Source: Burkholderiales bacterium (lineage in GTDB: Bacteria; Pseudomonadota; Gammaproteobacteria; Burkholderiales; SG8-41). From it: 64,000 nt of DNA. Of this stretch, positions 1 through 12,048 are shown piece by piece (the stretch's first letter is position 1; every line of letters begins with the position of its first letter). Position numbers and translations under genes: made by a program. The stretch spans positions 2,312 to 66,311 of the forward strand of contig DASPNJ010000068.1 in assembly GCA_035626595.1 (NCBI GenBank), read 5' to 3'. The notes beneath the pieces are model-generated. The model saw nothing but the letters and a program-made list of their open reading frames with translations, searched no databases and was not told the DNA's origin.

Positions 1-4
1 AGTA

Positions 5-838
5 ATGCTCGTCAAAGTCAAACCCACCTCTCCGGGGCGGCGCACGCTCGTCAAGGTCGTCACGCCGGGCCTGCACAAGGGCAAGCCGCTGCCGAGCCTC
101 GTCGAGCGCGAGTCGAAGAGCGCGGGCCGCAACACGCATGGGCGCATCACGATGCGCCACAAGGGCGGCGGCCACAAGCAGCACTACCGGATCGTCGATT
201 TCAAGCGCAACAAGGATGGCATTCCGGCGAAAGTGGAGCGCATCGAATACGATCCGAACCGCAGCGCGCATCTCGCACTGCTCCTCTACGCGGACGGCGA
301 GCGCCGCTACGTGATCGCGCAAAAAGGCGTGGCCGCGGGCGCGCAGCTGATGTCCGGGTCGGAGGCGCCGATCAAGGTCGGAAACACGCTGCCGCTCAGA
401 AACATCCCGGTTGGCACGACGATCTGCTGCGTCGAGATGATGCCCGGCAAAGGCGCGCAAATCGCGCGCGCCGCCGGCACCTCCATCCAGCTCCTCGCGC
501 GCGAAGGCGAATACGCCCAGCTTCGGCTGCGCTCCGGCGAAATCCGCCGCGTGCACATCAACTGCCGCGCGACGATCGGTGAAGTCGGCAACGAAGAGCA
601 CTCGCTCGAATCGATCGGCAAGGCAGGTCGTGTGCGCTGGCGCGGCGTGCGTCCGACCGTGCGCGGCGTCGCGATGAACCCGATCGACCACCCGCACGGC
701 GGCGGCGAAGGCCGCACCTCGGCCGGACAGCACCCGGTGAGCCCATGGGGCGTGCTCACCAAGGGCTACAAGACGCGCAAGAACAAGCGCACCGACTCGA
801 TGATCGTGCGTCGTCGCAACGCGAAGACCACGGGGTAA
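5..838 (+). CDS. rplB: 50S ribosomal protein L2
   Basis: 277-aa ORF colinear with E. coli L2 ([17 protein letters not shown]). Confidence 0.97.
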   Translation: MLVKVKPTSPGRRTLVKVVTPGLHKGKPLPSLVERESKSAGRNTHGRITMRHKGGGHKQHYRIVDFKRNKDGIPAKVERIEYDPNRSAHLALLLYADGERRYVIAQKGVAAGAQLMSGSEAPIKVGNTLPLRNIPVGTTICCVEMMPGKGAQIARAAGTSIQLLAREGEYAQLRLRSGEIRRVHINCRATIGEVGNEEHSLESIGKAGRVRWRGVRPTVRGVAMNPIDHPHGGGEGRTSAGQHPVSPWGVLTKGYKTRKNKRTDSMIVRRRNAKTTG

Positions 839-847
839 GGACCACAT

Positions 848-1156
848 ATGGCACGTTCAATCAAGAAAGGCCCGTTCGTAGACCACCACCTGCTGGACAA
901 GGTGGAGGCCGCGCGCGCCGCATCCGACAAACGCCCGATCAAAACCTGGTCACGCCGCTCGACGATCCTTCCGGATTTCGTCGGGCTCACGATCGCCGTG
1001 CACAACGGTAAGCAGCACGTTCCGGTCTACATCACCGAGAACATGGTCGGCCACAAGCTCGGCGAGTTCGCGCACACGCGCGTGTTCAAGGGCCACTCGA
1101 AAGCCGGTTCGCAGGCCGCCGACAAGAAGGCGAGCCCGACTCCGGCGGCGAAGTAA
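848..1156 (+). CDS. rpsS: 30S ribosomal protein S19 (short Lys/Ala/Pro C-terminal tail)
   Basis: [12 protein letters not shown]...[23 protein letters not shown] is colinear with E. coli S19. Operon order matches. Confidence 0.97.
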   Translation: MARSIKKGPFVDHHLLDKVEAARAASDKRPIKTWSRRSTILPDFVGLTIAVHNGKQHVPVYITENMVGHKLGEFAHTRVFKGHSKAGSQAADKKASPTPAAK

Positions 1157-1168
1157 AGGCGAAGCGAC

Positions 1169-1507
1169 ATGGATACCTCAGCAAAACTATGGGGCGTGCG
1201 CCTCTCTCCGCAGAAAGGCCGGCTGGTCGCCGACCAGATCCGCGGCAAGAGCGTGGAGAACGCGCTCAACATCCTGCAGTTCAGCCCCAAGCGCGGCGCG
1301 GTGATCATCCGCAAGGTGCTGGAGTCTGCCATCGCGAATGCCGAGCACAACGCCGGCGCGGACATCGACGAGCTTAAGGTGACGCACATCTGCGTCGAAA
1401 AAGGGCCGGTGCTCAAGCGCTTCATGCCGCGCGCGAAAGGCCGCGGCGTGCCGATCCTCAAGCCCACCTGCCACATTTTTCTCACCGTCGGCGACGGAAG
1501 GAATTAA
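1169..1507 (+). CDS. rplV: 50S ribosomal protein L22
   Basis: [22 protein letters not shown] motif block matches L22. Operon order matches. Confidence 0.97.
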   Translation: MDTSAKLWGVRLSPQKGRLVADQIRGKSVENALNILQFSPKRGAVIIRKVLESAIANAEHNAGADIDELKVTHICVEKGPVLKRFMPRAKGRGVPILKPTCHIFLTVGDGRN

Positions 1508-1511
1508 CGAT

Positions 1512-2273
1512 ATGGGTCAGAAGATACATCCCACCGGCTTCCGTCTGGCGCTCAACCGCAACTGGGCCTCGCGCTGGTACGCGAACAATAAAAATTTCTC
1601 GAACATGCTGCTGGAAGACGTGGGCGTGCGCGACTTCCTCAAGGAAAAGCTCGGTCACGCGGCGGTCTCGCGCGTCGTGATCGAACGTCCCGCGAAGAAC
1701 GCGCGCATCACGATTTTCAGCGCGCGCCCCGGTGTCGTCATCGGCAAGAAGGGCGAGGACATCGAGTCGCTCAAGGTGCAGCTTCAGAAGCTCCTCGGCG
1801 TGCCCGTTCACGTGAACATCGAGGAAGTCCGCAAGCCCGAGCTCGACGCGCAACTGATTTCAGACTCCATCGCGCAACAGCTCCAGAAGCGGATCATGTT
1901 CCGGCGCGCGATGAAGCGCGCGATCACCAACGCGATGCGGCTCGGCGCGCAAGGCATCAAGATCATGAGCGCCGGACGCCTGAACGGTATCGAGATCGCC
2001 CGCACCGAGTGGTACCGCGAAGGCCGCGTGCCGCTGCACACGATGCGCGCCGACATCGACTACGGCTTCTCGGAAGCGAAGACGACCTACGGCGTGATCG
2101 GCATCAAGGTGTGGGTATTCAAGGGCGAGATCGTCGCGAAGAACGACCCGTCGGCGATTGCGGCAGCCGCGCTCGCGCCCGAGAAACCCGAGCCGGAAGC
2201 CCCCGCGCCGCGCAAGCCGCGCAAGACGCCCGGAAGAACAGGAGCAAGACGTGCTACAGCCAGCCAGACGTAA
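1512..2273 (+). CDS. rpsC: 30S ribosomal protein S3 (Pro/Ala/Lys-rich C-terminal tail)
   Basis: [12 protein letters not shown]... start is typical of S3. KH and S3-C regions are present. Operon order matches. Confidence 0.97.
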   Translation: MGQKIHPTGFRLALNRNWASRWYANNKNFSNMLLEDVGVRDFLKEKLGHAAVSRVVIERPAKNARITIFSARPGVVIGKKGEDIESLKVQLQKLLGVPVHVNIEEVRKPELDAQLISDSIAQQLQKRIMFRRAMKRAITNAMRLGAQGIKIMSAGRLNGIEIARTEWYREGRVPLHTMRADIDYGFSEAKTTYGVIGIKVWVFKGEIVAKNDPSAIAAAALAPEKPEPEAPAPRKPRKTPGRTGARRATASQT

Positions 2274-2667
2274 ATACCGCAAGGAGCAGAAGGGCCGCAA
2301 CACCGGTAAGGCCACCCGCGGCAACAAGGTGAGCTTTGGTGAATACGGCCTCAAAGCGACCGGCCGTGGGCGCCTCACGGCGCGTCAGATCGAGGCCGCG
2401 CGTCGCGCCATGACGCGCCACATCAAGCGCGGCGGCCGGATCTGGATTCGCATCTTTCCGGACAAGCCGATCTCGCAAAAGCCCGCGGAAGTCCGCATGG
2501 GCAACGGCAAGGGCAATCCCGAGTACTGGGTCGCGGAGATCCAGCCGGGCAAGGTGCTCTACGAGATGGACGGCGTCGACGAGGTCACGGCGAAGGAAGC
2601 GTTCCGGCTCGCGTCGGCGAAGCTCCCGATCGCCACGACGTTCGTGCAGCGCATGGTGGGGGCATAA
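2251..2667 (+). CDS. rplP: 50S ribosomal protein L16
   Basis: GTG at 2251 gives [17 protein letters not shown]..., the canonical L16 N-terminus. GGAG lies upstream. The longer track ORF (from 2158) overlaps rpsC and is not homologous. Confidence 0.95.
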   Translation: MLQPARRKYRKEQKGRNTGKATRGNKVSFGEYGLKATGRGRLTARQIEAARRAMTRHIKRGGRIWIRIFPDKPISQKPAEVRMGNGKGNPEYWVAEIQPGKVLYEMDGVDEVTAKEAFRLASAKLPIATTFVQRMVGA

Positions 2668-2670
2668 CCG

Positions 2671-2865
2671 ATGAAAGCCAGTGAACTGAGAGGCAAGTCC
2701 GCGGACGAGCTCACCCAGGAGCTGAATTCGCTACTGCGGGCGCAGTTTTCACTGCGCATGCAGAAGGCGACCCAGCAGCTCAACAACACCAGTCAGATCA
2801 GGAAAGTGCGCCGCGACATCGCGCGCGTACGTACCCTGCTCAATGAGAAGGCCAGGCAATCATGA
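2671..2865 (+). CDS. rpmC: 50S ribosomal protein L29
   Basis: 64-aa [21 protein letters not shown]... typical of L29. Operon position matches. Confidence 0.95.
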   Translation: MKASELRGKSADELTQELNSLLRAQFSLRMQKATQQLNNTSQIRKVRRDIARVRTLLNEKARQS

Positions 2866-3161
2866 GCCAAGCAACCGAACAAACGGTCGCGGCCGCCGAA
2901 AAACCGGCTGCGAACAAGCGCACGCTGACCGGACGCGTGGTGAGTGACAAGATGCAGAAGACGGTGACCGTGCTGGTCGAGCGCCGGGTGAAGCACCCGC
3001 TGTACGGCAAGTTCGTGACCCGCACGCGGAAATACCACGCGCACGACGAGAACGGCGAGTACCACGAAGGCGATCTGGTCGAGATCGAGGAGTGCCGCCC
3101 GCTTTCGAAGACCAAGGCGTGGCGTGTCACCAAGCTTCTCGAGAAATCGAGGAACGTCTAG
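2862..3161 (+). CDS. rpsQ: 30S ribosomal protein S17
   Basis: [30 protein letters not shown]...[10 protein letters not shown] is colinear with E. coli S17. 4-nt overlap with rpmC. Confidence 0.95.
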   Translation: MSQATEQTVAAAEKPAANKRTLTGRVVSDKMQKTVTVLVERRVKHPLYGKFVTRTRKYHAHDENGEYHEGDLVEIEECRPLSKTKAWRVTKLLEKSRNV

Positions 3162-3226
3162 ACAAGCTACGACGCGCCCCCAGGCGCAAAAAATAGCTTA
3201 GCCGCATATCGGCGCTTGATTTTGTA

Positions 3227-3255
3227 TTGAGAATCAGCCCTGGACGCTCTATAAT
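3227..3255 (+). promoter_or_regulatory. sigma70-type promoter of the spc operon (TTGAGA-17 bp-TATAAT)
   Basis: TTGAGA at 3227-3232, 17-bp spacer, TATAAT at 3250-3255. It lies in the 225-bp rpsQ-rplN gap, which is the S10/spc operon boundary in E. coli. Confidence 0.55.
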
Positions 3256-3386
3256 TTAGGGCTTTTCGCGCTGGCCTTATTCCAAGGCCCGCGCCCCTAA
3301 CCCGGACGGGCTCCAATACTGGCCCCGCTGCAGTCGAGATCGAAGCGGGATCAAGTTGGGGAAGCAGCAATTAGCGAGACGAGACG

Positions 3387-3755
3387 ATGATTCAGATGCA
3401 GTCCATTTTGGACGTGGCCGACAACACCGGCGCGCGCGAAGTCATGTGCATCAAGGTGCTCGGCGGGTCGAAGCGCCGCTATGCCGGGATCGGCGACGTC
3501 ATCAAGGTGAGCGTCAAGGACGCCGCACCGCGCGGACGCGTGAAGAAGGGCGAGGTCTACAGCGCCGTGGTCGTGCGCACCGCCAAAGGCGTACGCCGCG
3601 CCGACGGGTCGCTGGTGAAGTTCGACTCGAATGCGGCGGTGCTTCTGAACCCCAAGCTCGAGCCGATCGGCACGCGCATCTTCGGACCGGTGACGCGGGA
3701 GCTGCGCACCGAGCGTTTCATGAAGATCGTGTCGCTCGCGCCGGAAGTGCTGTAG
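3387..3755 (+). CDS. rplN: 50S ribosomal protein L14
   Basis: [28 protein letters not shown]... is the canonical L14 N-terminus. Confidence 0.97.
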   Translation: MIQMQSILDVADNTGAREVMCIKVLGGSKRRYAGIGDVIKVSVKDAAPRGRVKKGEVYSAVVVRTAKGVRRADGSLVKFDSNAAVLLNPKLEPIGTRIFGPVTRELRTERFMKIVSLAPEVL

Positions 3756-3772
3756 GCGAAGGAAGGCTCAAG

Positions 3773-4090
3773 ATGCAGAAGATCAGGAAAGGTGACGACG
3801 TCGTCGTCACGACCGGCAGGGACAAGGGCAAGCGCGGCACGGTGCTGCGCATCATCGATTCGGAATACGTGGTGGTCGAAGGCGCGAACAAAGTGAAAAA
3901 GCACATGCGCCCGAATCCGATGAAAGGCATCACCGGCGGCATCATCGAGAAGGAGATGCCGGTGCACATTTCGAACGTGGCGGTTTTCAACCCGATCACG
4001 AAGAAGGCGGATCGCATCGGCGTGCGTACGCTCGAGGACGGCAAGCGCGTGCGCTTCTTCAAATCGAACGGCGAAGTGGTTGACGTATGA
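3773..4090 (+). CDS. rplX: 50S ribosomal protein L24
   Basis: ATG at 3773 (GAAGG upstream) gives [22 protein letters not shown]..., the KOW motif of L24. The track ORF starting at 3356 is over-extended. Confidence 0.95.
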   Translation: MQKIRKGDDVVVTTGRDKGKRGTVLRIIDSEYVVVEGANKVKKHMRPNPMKGITGGIIEKEMPVHISNVAVFNPITKKADRIGVRTLEDGKRVRFFKSNGEVVDV

Positions 4091-4818
4091 GCGAGAAAGA
4101 CGCGAAGAAGGGCAAGGGCGAGAAAGCGGACAGTGGTGGAAAAGGCGCCGCGAAGCAGCCGAAAGGCGGCGGCCAGCCGAAAGCCGCAGGCAAGCAGCAG
4201 AAGGGCAAAGGCGCCGCCGAAGCGAAGCAGGCGCAGGCGCCCGAGCTTCAGGACGAGCGCCCGTCCGGACCGGCTGCACCCGCGCGGCTCCAGGTCTACT
4301 ACCGCGAGCAGGTGACGAAGGATCTCACGCAGCAGTTCGGCTACAAGAGCCCGATGCAGGTGCCCCGCATCGAGAAAATCGTGCTCAACATGGGCGTGGG
4401 CGAAGCGGTCGCCGACAAGAAGATCATGGACAACGCGGTCGCGGACATGATGAAGATCGCCGGCCAGAAGCCGCTCGTCACCAAGGCGCGCAAATCGGTC
4501 GCGAACTTCAAGATTCGCGAAGGCTATCCGGTCGGCTGCAAGGTGACGCTGCGCGGCGCGCGCATGTACGAGTTCCTCGACCGCCTGGTGAGCGTAGCTA
4601 TGCCGCGTATCCGCGACTTCCGCGGGATCTCCGGCCGCGCTTTCGACGGCCGCGGCAACTACAACATGGGCGTGAAGGAACAGATCATTTTCCCCGAGAT
4701 CGAGTACGACAAGATCGACGCGATCCGCGGGATGAACATCACGATCTCCACCACCGCGAAGACCGACGCCGAAGCCAAGGCGCTGCTCGCGGCTTTCAAA
4801 TTTCCGTTCAGAGGGTAA
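4087..4818 (+). CDS. rplE: 50S ribosomal protein L5 with ~65-aa Lys/Gly/Ala/Gln-rich N-terminal extension
   Basis: From [11 protein letters not shown] onward it is colinear with E. coli L5 ([34 protein letters not shown]). The only in-frame start is the ATG at 4087, overlapping the rplX stop (ATGA). Confidence 0.93.
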   Translation: MSEKDAKKGKGEKADSGGKGAAKQPKGGGQPKAAGKQQKGKGAAEAKQAQAPELQDERPSGPAAPARLQVYYREQVTKDLTQQFGYKSPMQVPRIEKIVLNMGVGEAVADKKIMDNAVADMMKIAGQKPLVTKARKSVANFKIREGYPVGCKVTLRGARMYEFLDRLVSVAMPRIRDFRGISGRAFDGRGNYNMGVKEQIIFPEIEYDKIDAIRGMNITISTTAKTDAEAKALLAAFKFPFRG

Positions 4819-4828
4819 AGACCCATAC

Positions 4829-5134
4829 ATGGCAAAGACGGCATTGATCAACCGGAACGAGAAGCGCCGCGGCGAAGTGAAGAAGTACGCGGCGAAGCGC
4901 GCCGAGCTGCTCGCGATCGCGAACAACCCGAAAGTGGCGCCGGAAGACCGCTACGAAGCGCGCTTAAAGCTCCAGAAGCTTCCTCGCGACGCCTCTCCCG
5001 TGCGCCTGCGCAACCGCTGCGCGCTTACCGGGCGTCCGCGCGGAACGTTCCGCAAATTCGGGCTCGCCCGCAACAAGCTTCGCGAGATCGCGATGCGCGG
5101 CGAGATCCCGGGTGTGATCAAGGCGAGCTGGTAA
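4829..5134 (+). CDS. rpsN: 30S ribosomal protein S14 (long, non-zinc form)
   Basis: 101 aa ending ...[41 protein letters not shown]. Confidence 0.96.
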   Translation: MAKTALINRNEKRRGEVKKYAAKRAELLAIANNPKVAPEDRYEARLKLQKLPRDASPVRLRNRCALTGRPRGTFRKFGLARNKLREIAMRGEIPGVIKASW

Positions 5135-5156
5135 GGCCCTCGCAGGAGAGAATTGC

Positions 5157-5552
5157 ATGAGTATCAGTGATCCGATCGCCGACATGCTCACGCGCATCCG
5201 CAATGCGCAACTGTCGGAAAAACAGGCGGTGGCGATGCCCGCGTCGAAGCTGAAGGCTTCGATTGCGAAGGTCCTGAAGGACGAGGGCTACATCGACGAT
5301 TTCGCGGTCCGCGAGAACGCCGGCAAGCCGTTGCTCGAGATCAGCCTCAAGTACTACGCCGGCCGTCCCGTGATCGAGAAAATCGAACGCGTGAGCCGTC
5401 CGGGTCTTCGCATCTACAAGCCGAGCCGCGAGATCCCGACGGTCATGAACGGCCTCGGCATCGCGATCGTCTCCACGTCGAAAGGCGTGATGACGGACCG
5501 CAAGGCGCGGGGCCTGGGCGTCGGCGGCGAAGTGCTCTGCTTCGTCGCGTAA
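5157..5552 (+). CDS. rpsH: 30S ribosomal protein S8
   Basis: [18 protein letters not shown]... is the canonical S8 start. Confidence 0.97.
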   Translation: MSISDPIADMLTRIRNAQLSEKQAVAMPASKLKASIAKVLKDEGYIDDFAVRENAGKPLLEISLKYYAGRPVIEKIERVSRPGLRIYKPSREIPTVMNGLGIAIVSTSKGVMTDRKARGLGVGGEVLCFVA

Positions 5553-5561
5553 GGAGCTGTC

Positions 5562-6095
5562 ATGTCGAGGATTGCAAATTATCCCGTCGAGCTGCCGGAG
5601 AAGGTCGAAGTGACGGTCCAGCATGACGAGATCTCGGTAAAGGGCCCGCTCGGGACGCTTACCCAGAAGTACTCGCCGCGCGTGAAGATCGAGCGCGTGG
5701 ATAACCGCCTCGAGTTCAAGATGAACGACAACTCGCGCCAGGCGAACGCGCTGTCCGGGACGGTGCGCGCGCTGGTCGCGAACATGGTGACGGGCGTCAC
5801 CAAGGGTTTCGAGCGCAAGCTGAATCTCGTCGGCGTGGGCTATCGCGCGCAGGCGCAGGGCGACAAGGTGAATCTCACGCTCGGATTTTCGCACCCGGTC
5901 GTGCATCAGCTGCCGAAAGGCGTGAAGGCCGAGACGCCGACGCAGACCGAGATCCTGATCAAGGGCGCCGACAAACAGGTTGTGGGCCAGGTGGCCGCGG
6001 AGATCCGGCGCTACCGCTCGCCCGAGCCGTACAAGGGCAAGGGCGTGCGCTACTCCGACGAGCAGATCGTGCTCAAGGAAACGAAGAAGAAGTAA
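5562..6095 (+). CDS. rplF: 50S ribosomal protein L6
   Basis: [17 protein letters not shown]... 177 aa. The L6 two-domain pattern is present. Confidence 0.97.
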   Translation: MSRIANYPVELPEKVEVTVQHDEISVKGPLGTLTQKYSPRVKIERVDNRLEFKMNDNSRQANALSGTVRALVANMVTGVTKGFERKLNLVGVGYRAQAQGDKVNLTLGFSHPVVHQLPKGVKAETPTQTEILIKGADKQVVGQVAAEIRRYRSPEPYKGKGVRYSDEQIVLKETKKK

Positions 6096-6105
6096 CGGTG
6101 ACGAG

Positions 6106-6462
6106 ATGAGCGACAAGATTGAAGCCCGGCTGAGAAGGGCCAAGGCGACCCGCGCGAAGATCGCGCAACTGAACGCGGTGAGGCTCACGGTTCATCGCTC
6201 GAACGCGCACATCTACGCGCAGGTGATCGATGCCTCCGGTTCGAAAGTGCTCGCGAGCGCTTCGACGGCGGAGAAAGACGTGCGCGGCGCGGTGAAGAAC
6301 GGCGGCAACGTGCAGGCCGCCGCGGAGATCGGCAAGCGGATCGCGGAGAAAGCGAAGCAGCTCGGCATCTCCGAGGTCGCGTTCGACCGTTCGGGCTATC
6401 GATTCCATGGTCGCGTGAAAGCGCTGGCCGAAGCCGCGCGCGAAGCCGGCCTGAAGTTTTGA
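6106..6462 (+). CDS. rplR: 50S ribosomal protein L18
   Basis: Internal ATG at 6106 gives [19 protein letters not shown]...[21 protein letters not shown] (L18). The upstream part of track ORF 5980 overlaps rplF. Confidence 0.95.
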   Translation: MSDKIEARLRRAKATRAKIAQLNAVRLTVHRSNAHIYAQVIDASGSKVLASASTAEKDVRGAVKNGGNVQAAAEIGKRIAEKAKQLGISEVAFDRSGYRFHGRVKALAEAAREAGLKF

Positions 6463-6487
6463 CGGATACGCTTAATTAGCAGAATGC

Positions 6488-6509
6488 CGCGGGCGGCTCA
6501 CCGCCCGCG
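6488..6509 (+). promoter_or_regulatory. perfect 9-bp GC hairpin in the rplR-rpsE spacer
   Basis: CGCGGGCGG-ctca-CCGCCCGCG with no U-tract. It sits in an unusually long 79-nt intra-operon gap. Confidence 0.3.
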
Positions 6510-6541
6510 CGGATCAACGAGATACGAGAAAACCAGTCCCT

Positions 6542-7066
6542 ATGGCCAAGTTACAAGCAGGGAAGATGCAGACGGGCGAAGAGCGTTCGGACGGCCTGCG
6601 CGAGAAAATGGTCGCGGTGAACCGAGTGACCAAGGTGGTGAAGGGCGGACGCGTGCTCGGCTTCGCCGCGCTCACCGTCGTCGGCGACGGGGACGGCGGC
6701 ATCGGCATGGGCAAGGGTAAGGCGCGCGAAGTACCGGTCGCGGTGCAGAAAGCGATGGAAGAAGCCCGCCGCAAGATGGTCAAGGTGCCGCTCAAGAACG
6801 GCACCCTGCAGCACGCGGTCGTCGGCCGTCATGGCGCGGCGCGCGTCTACATGCAGCCCGCCTCCGAAGGCACCGGGATCATCGCCGGCGGCCCGGTTCG
6901 CGCGGTGCTGGAGGTGATGGGCGTCGCGAACATTCTTTCGAAGTGTCTGGGCTCGACCAACCCGTACAACGTCGTGCGCGCGACGATCAACGGGCTCACC
7001 TCGATGAACACGCCGTCGACGATCGCTGCCAAGCGCGGCAAGTCGGTGGAAGAGATCACGGGGTAA
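6542..7066 (+). CDS. rpsE: 30S ribosomal protein S5
   Basis: [44 protein letters not shown] is the S5 dsRBD core. Confidence 0.97.
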   Translation: MAKLQAGKMQTGEERSDGLREKMVAVNRVTKVVKGGRVLGFAALTVVGDGDGGIGMGKGKAREVPVAVQKAMEEARRKMVKVPLKNGTLQHAVVGRHGAARVYMQPASEGTGIIAGGPVRAVLEVMGVANILSKCLGSTNPYNVVRATINGLTSMNTPSTIAAKRGKSVEEITG

Positions 7067-7069
7067 GCC

Positions 7070-7258
7070 ATGGCCGAAGGACCGAAGACGATCAAGGTCA
7101 CGCTCGTAAAGAGCCTGATCGGCACCAGGCCGGAGCACCGCGCGTGCGTGCGCGGGTTGGGCCTGCGCAAGCGCAACCACACGGTCGAAGTAATCGACAC
7201 GCCGGCGAACCGCGGCATGATCAATCGCGTCGCGTACCTCCTCAAGACCGAGAGCTGA
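7070..7258 (+). CDS. rpmD: 50S ribosomal protein L30
   Basis: 62 aa, [29 protein letters not shown]. Confidence 0.95.
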   Translation: MAEGPKTIKVTLVKSLIGTRPEHRACVRGLGLRKRNHTVEVIDTPANRGMINRVAYLLKTES

Positions 7259-7259
7259 G

Positions 7260-7793
7260 ATGCAACTGAACAAGGTGAAGCCCGCCGCGGGCTCGAAACA
7301 ATCGAAAAAGCGGGTGGGCCGCGGCATCGGCTGCGGCCTCGGCAAGACCGCCGGCCGCGGACATAAGGGCCAGAAGGCGCGCGCCGGCGGCTTTCACAAG
7401 GTCGGTTTCGAAGGCGGCCAGATGCCGCTGCAGCGCCGGTTGCCGAAACGCGGTTTCGTGTCGCTGGTGAAAGGCGATACGGCGGAAGTGCGTCTTTCGG
7501 ATCTGCAGCGGGTGGAGGGCGAGGTCCTCGACTTGGCGGCGCTGAAAGCCGCCGGTGTCGTGCCGCAGCTCGCGCTGCGCGCGAAGGTCATCCTGTCCGG
7601 TGAGATCCAGCGCAAGGTCGCGCTGAAAGGCATCGCCATCAGCAAAGGCGCGCGTGCGGCGATCGAAGCCGCGGGCGGCAGCGTGGAGCTGCCCGCAGAG
7701 GCTGCGCCGGCAGGCAAGCTCGAGAAGAAAGACGCCGTGCAGAACGCGGCGGGACGTACGACCGGTGCCGAAAGCGCACCGGGTGCGGAGTAA
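7260..7793 (+). CDS. rplO: 50S ribosomal protein L15 (Ala/Glu/Gly-rich C-terminal tail)
   Basis: [41 protein letters not shown] is the canonical L15 N-terminus. Confidence 0.96.
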   Translation: MQLNKVKPAAGSKQSKKRVGRGIGCGLGKTAGRGHKGQKARAGGFHKVGFEGGQMPLQRRLPKRGFVSLVKGDTAEVRLSDLQRVEGEVLDLAALKAAGVVPQLALRAKVILSGEIQRKVALKGIAISKGARAAIEAAGGSVELPAEAAPAGKLEKKDAVQNAAGRTTGAESAPGAE

Positions 7794-7796
7794 CGC

Positions 7797-9121
<1,325 letters not shown>

Positions 9122-9122
<1 letters not shown>

Positions 9123-9340
9123 TGGCGAAAGAAGAAACCATACAGATGCAGGGCGAGATCGTTGAGACCCTGCCGAACGCGACATTCAGGGTGAAGCTCG
9201 AGAACGGCCACATCGTGCTCGGGCACATCTCGGGAAAGATGCGCATGCACTACATCCGCATCCTGCCGGGAGACAAGGTGACGGTGGAGCTCACGCCGTA
9301 TGACCTGACGCGCGGACGTATCGTTTTCCGCGCGAAGTAG
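9122..9340 (+). CDS. infA: translation initiation factor IF-1
   Basis: ATG overlaps the secY TAA (TAATG). 72 aa [30 protein letters not shown]... = IF-1. Confidence 0.96.
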
Positions 9341-9364
9341 CGCATTTGACCGAAAGGACGAGAG

Positions 9365-9481
9365 ATGAAAGTGCTGGCATCGGTGAAACGCATCTGCCGC
9401 AACTGCAAGATCATCAAGCGCAAGGGTGTCGTGCGCGTCATCTGCAGCAAGGATCCGCGGCACAAGCAAAGACAAGGGTAA
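9365..9481 (+). CDS. rpmJ: 50S ribosomal protein L36 (Cys-containing form)
   Basis: Hand-translated, too short for the track: [42 protein letters not shown] lies upstream. Canonical position after infA. Confidence 0.93.
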   Translation: MKVLASVKRICRNCKIIKRKGVVRVICSKDPRHKQRQG

Positions 9482-9485
9482 AACC

Positions 9486-9514
9486 TTGAGAATTAGAGGC
9501 TTACCGGCTATAAT
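9486..9514 (+). promoter_or_regulatory. sigma70-type promoter of the alpha operon (TTGAGA-17 bp-TATAAT)
   Basis: TTGAGA 9486-9491, 17-bp spacer, TATAAT 9509-9514. It shares TTGAGAAT and CTATAAT with the spc promoter at 3227. Confidence 0.55.
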
Positions 9515-9560
9515 CGACGGCTTTTCGTCATTCGTCGGCATTTAACGAGGTAGCGAGCAC

Positions 9561-9938
9561 ATGGCCCGTATAGGTGGCGTCAACATCCCCAACCAGCAGC
9601 ACGCCGAAATCGCGCTGACCGTGATCTACGGCATCGGCCGCAGCCGCGCGCGCGCGATCTGCGCGGCCGCCGGCATCGCCAACACGACCAAGGTGAAGGA
9701 CATCTCCGACAGCGAGATGGACCGTCTGCGGGAACAAGTCGGCAAGTACACGATCGAAGGGGACCTCCGCCGCGAAACGTCGATGAACATCAAGCGGTTG
9801 ATGGACCTCGGCACGTGGCGTGGGAAACGCCACCGCGCCGGCCTTCCGGTGCGCGGCCAGCGCACCCGCACCAACGCCCGCACGCGCAAAGGCCCACGCA
9901 AGGCCGCGGTGAAGATCGTCCGCGCAGGCGCTGTTTAA
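9561..9938 (+). CDS. rpsM: 30S ribosomal protein S13
   Basis: [26 protein letters not shown]...[12 protein letters not shown]. Confidence 0.97.
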   Translation: MARIGGVNIPNQQHAEIALTVIYGIGRSRARAICAAAGIANTTKVKDISDSEMDRLREQVGKYTIEGDLRRETSMNIKRLMDLGTWRGKRHRAGLPVRGQRTRTNARTRKGPRKAAVKIVRAGAV

Positions 9939-9963
9939 GCAACCTCGAGAGACCAGGAAACTC

Positions 9964-10353
9964 ATGGCTAAAGCAAGCACCCGCGTGCGCAAGAAGGTCC
10001 GGAAGAACGTGGCGGAAGGCATCGCGCACATCCACGCATCCTTCAACAACACCATCGTCACGATCACCGACCGCCAGGGCAACGCGCTCGCCTGGGCGAC
10101 GTGCGGCAGCAACGGTTTCAAGGGCTCGCGTAAGTCGACCCCGTTCGCCGCGCAGGTCGCGGCCGAGCAGGCCGGACGGCTCGCTGCGGAATCGGGTGTG
10201 AAGAACATCGAAGTGCGTATCAAGGGTCCGGGGCCAGGCCGCGAGTCCGCCGTGCGCGCGCTGAACGCCGTCGGTTTCAAGATCACGAGCATTTCCGACG
10301 TGACGCCGGTGCCGCACAACGGCTGCCGCCCGCCGAAAAAGCGCCGCATCTAA
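9964..10353 (+). CDS. rpsK: 30S ribosomal protein S11
   Basis: [24 protein letters not shown]...[15 protein letters not shown]. Confidence 0.97.
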   Translation: MAKASTRVRKKVRKNVAEGIAHIHASFNNTIVTITDRQGNALAWATCGSNGFKGSRKSTPFAAQVAAEQAGRLAAESGVKNIEVRIKGPGPGRESAVRALNAVGFKITSISDVTPVPHNGCRPPKKRRI

Positions 10354-10374
10354 GAATTCAAGGAGAACGACACA

Positions 10375-11001
10375 GTGGCAAGAAATCTGGACGCGCGTTG
10401 CCGTCAGTGCCGCCGGGAAGGAGAGAAGCTCTTTCTCAAGGCCGAGAAGTGCTTCACCGACAAGTGCGCGATCGAGCGGCGCAATTACCCGCCCGGTCAG
10501 CACGGCCAGAAGAACACGCGTCTTTCCGGCTACGGCGTGCAGCTTCGCGAAAAGCAGAAGGTGCGCCGCACGTACGGCGTGCTCGAGCGCCAGTTCCGCC
10601 TGAATTACCAGCAGGCCGCCGCCAGCAAAGGGGTCACCGGTGAAGCGCTCCTTCAGATCCTCGAAGGCCGGCTCGACAGCGTCTGCTATCGGATGGGTTT
10701 CGGCGGCTCGCGCACCGAGGCTCGCCAGCTCGTGCGCCACAACGGCGTCAACGTGAACGGCAGGCGCGTGAACATCCCGTCGTACCAGGTGCGTCCCGGC
10801 GACGTGATCGAAGTCGCGCAGGGGGCGAAGGCACAGCTTCGCATCAAGGCGTCGGCCGAAGCCGTCGCTTCGCGTGGTTATCCGGAGTGGGTGGAGGTCG
10901 ATGCGGCCGCGCTCAAGGGCACCTTCAAGGCGCGCCCGCAGCGTTCCGAGCTGCCTTCGACGATCAACGAGTCGCTCGTGGTCGAGCTTTACTCCAAGTA
11001 A
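10375..11001 (+). CDS. rpsD: 30S ribosomal protein S4
   Basis: GTG start. [25 protein letters not shown]... 208 aa. An S4 domain is present. Confidence 0.96.
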   Translation: MARNLDARCRQCRREGEKLFLKAEKCFTDKCAIERRNYPPGQHGQKNTRLSGYGVQLREKQKVRRTYGVLERQFRLNYQQAAASKGVTGEALLQILEGRLDSVCYRMGFGGSRTEARQLVRHNGVNVNGRRVNIPSYQVRPGDVIEVAQGAKAQLRIKASAEAVASRGYPEWVEVDAAALKGTFKARPQRSELPSTINESLVVELYSK

Positions 11002-11024
11002 CGGAAACGAGAGGTATCACTTCT

Positions 11025-12002
11025 ATGGCCAGCAGCGCCTTTCTGAAGCCCCGCATCATCGACGTTCAGAACATTTCGCCGTATCACGCCCGGCTCACGA
11101 TGGAGCCGTTCGAGCGCGGTTACGGGCACACGCTCGGCAATGCGCTTCGCCGTACGCTCCTTTCCTCGATGCCCGGCTATGCCGCGACCGAAGTGAAGAT
11201 GGCCGGCGTGCTGCACGAGTACTCCACCATCGACGGCGTGCAGGAAGACGTCGTGGACATCCTGCTCAACCTCAAAGGTGTCGTGCTCAAGATGCACGGC
11301 CGCGACGAAGCGACGCTCACGCTCAAGAAGTCGGGCGAAGGCGTCGTGACCGCCGGTGACATCGAGCAGCAGCACGATGTCGAGATCGTGAATCCCGATC
11401 ACGTGATCGCGCACCTCGCCTCCGGCGGCAAGCTCGACATGCAGATCAAGGTCGAGCAGGGCCGCGGCTACATCGCCGCGACCAGTCGCAAGACCGGCGA
11501 CGAAGGCCGCAGCGTCGGCAGCATCATGCTCGACGCCTCCTTCAGCCCGGTTCGGCGCGTGAGCTACTCCGTCGAATCGGCGCGGGTCGAGCAGCGAACC
11601 GATCTCGATAAGCTCATCATGGACATCGAGACCAACGGCGCGATCGAGCCGGAGGAAGCCGTGCGTTACGCCGCGCGCATCCTCGTCGAGCAGCTGTCGG
11701 TGTTCGCGGATCTGAAAGGCATGCCCGCGCAGATCGAAGAGAAGAAAGCAACGCAGATCGACCCGGTGCTGCTGCGTCCGGTGGACGATCTCGAGCTCAC
11801 GGTGCGCTCGGCCAACTGCCTGAAGGCCGAGAACATCTACTACATCGGCGATCTTATCCAGCGCACCGAGACCGAGCTTCTCAAGACCCCGAACCTCGGC
11901 CGCAAATCGCTGAACGAGATCAAGGAAGTGCTCGCATCGCGCGGACTCACGCTCGGCATGAAGCTCGAGAACTGGCCGCCGGCAGGACTCGAAAAAGTAT
12001 AG
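11025..12002 (+). CDS. rpoA: DNA-directed RNA polymerase subunit alpha
   Basis: ATG at 11025 (GAGAGG upstream). 325 aa. [18 protein letters not shown] and the C-terminal domain [22 protein letters not shown] match RpoA. Confidence 0.97.
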   Translation: MASSAFLKPRIIDVQNISPYHARLTMEPFERGYGHTLGNALRRTLLSSMPGYAATEVKMAGVLHEYSTIDGVQEDVVDILLNLKGVVLKMHGRDEATLTLKKSGEGVVTAGDIEQQHDVEIVNPDHVIAHLASGGKLDMQIKVEQGRGYIAATSRKTGDEGRSVGSIMLDASFSPVRRVSYSVESARVEQRTDLDKLIMDIETNGAIEPEEAVRYAARILVEQLSVFADLKGMPAQIEEKKATQIDPVLLRPVDDLELTVRSANCLKAENIYYIGDLIQRTETELLKTPNLGRKSLNEIKEVLASRGLTLGMKLENWPPAGLEKV

Positions 12003-12048
12003 TTCGCGAGCTTCCCGGGGAAGCTCGCCAACGGAATAAGGATCGAAC

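Noticed and set aside
3718-4926. 402-aa minus-strand ORF (also 3557-4279 and 5118-6188 on the minus strand) across the spc operon.
   Set aside because: They are antisense to unmistakable r-protein genes. The products are Arg/Ala/His-rich and low in complexity. These are typical shadow ORFs of GC-rich DNA.
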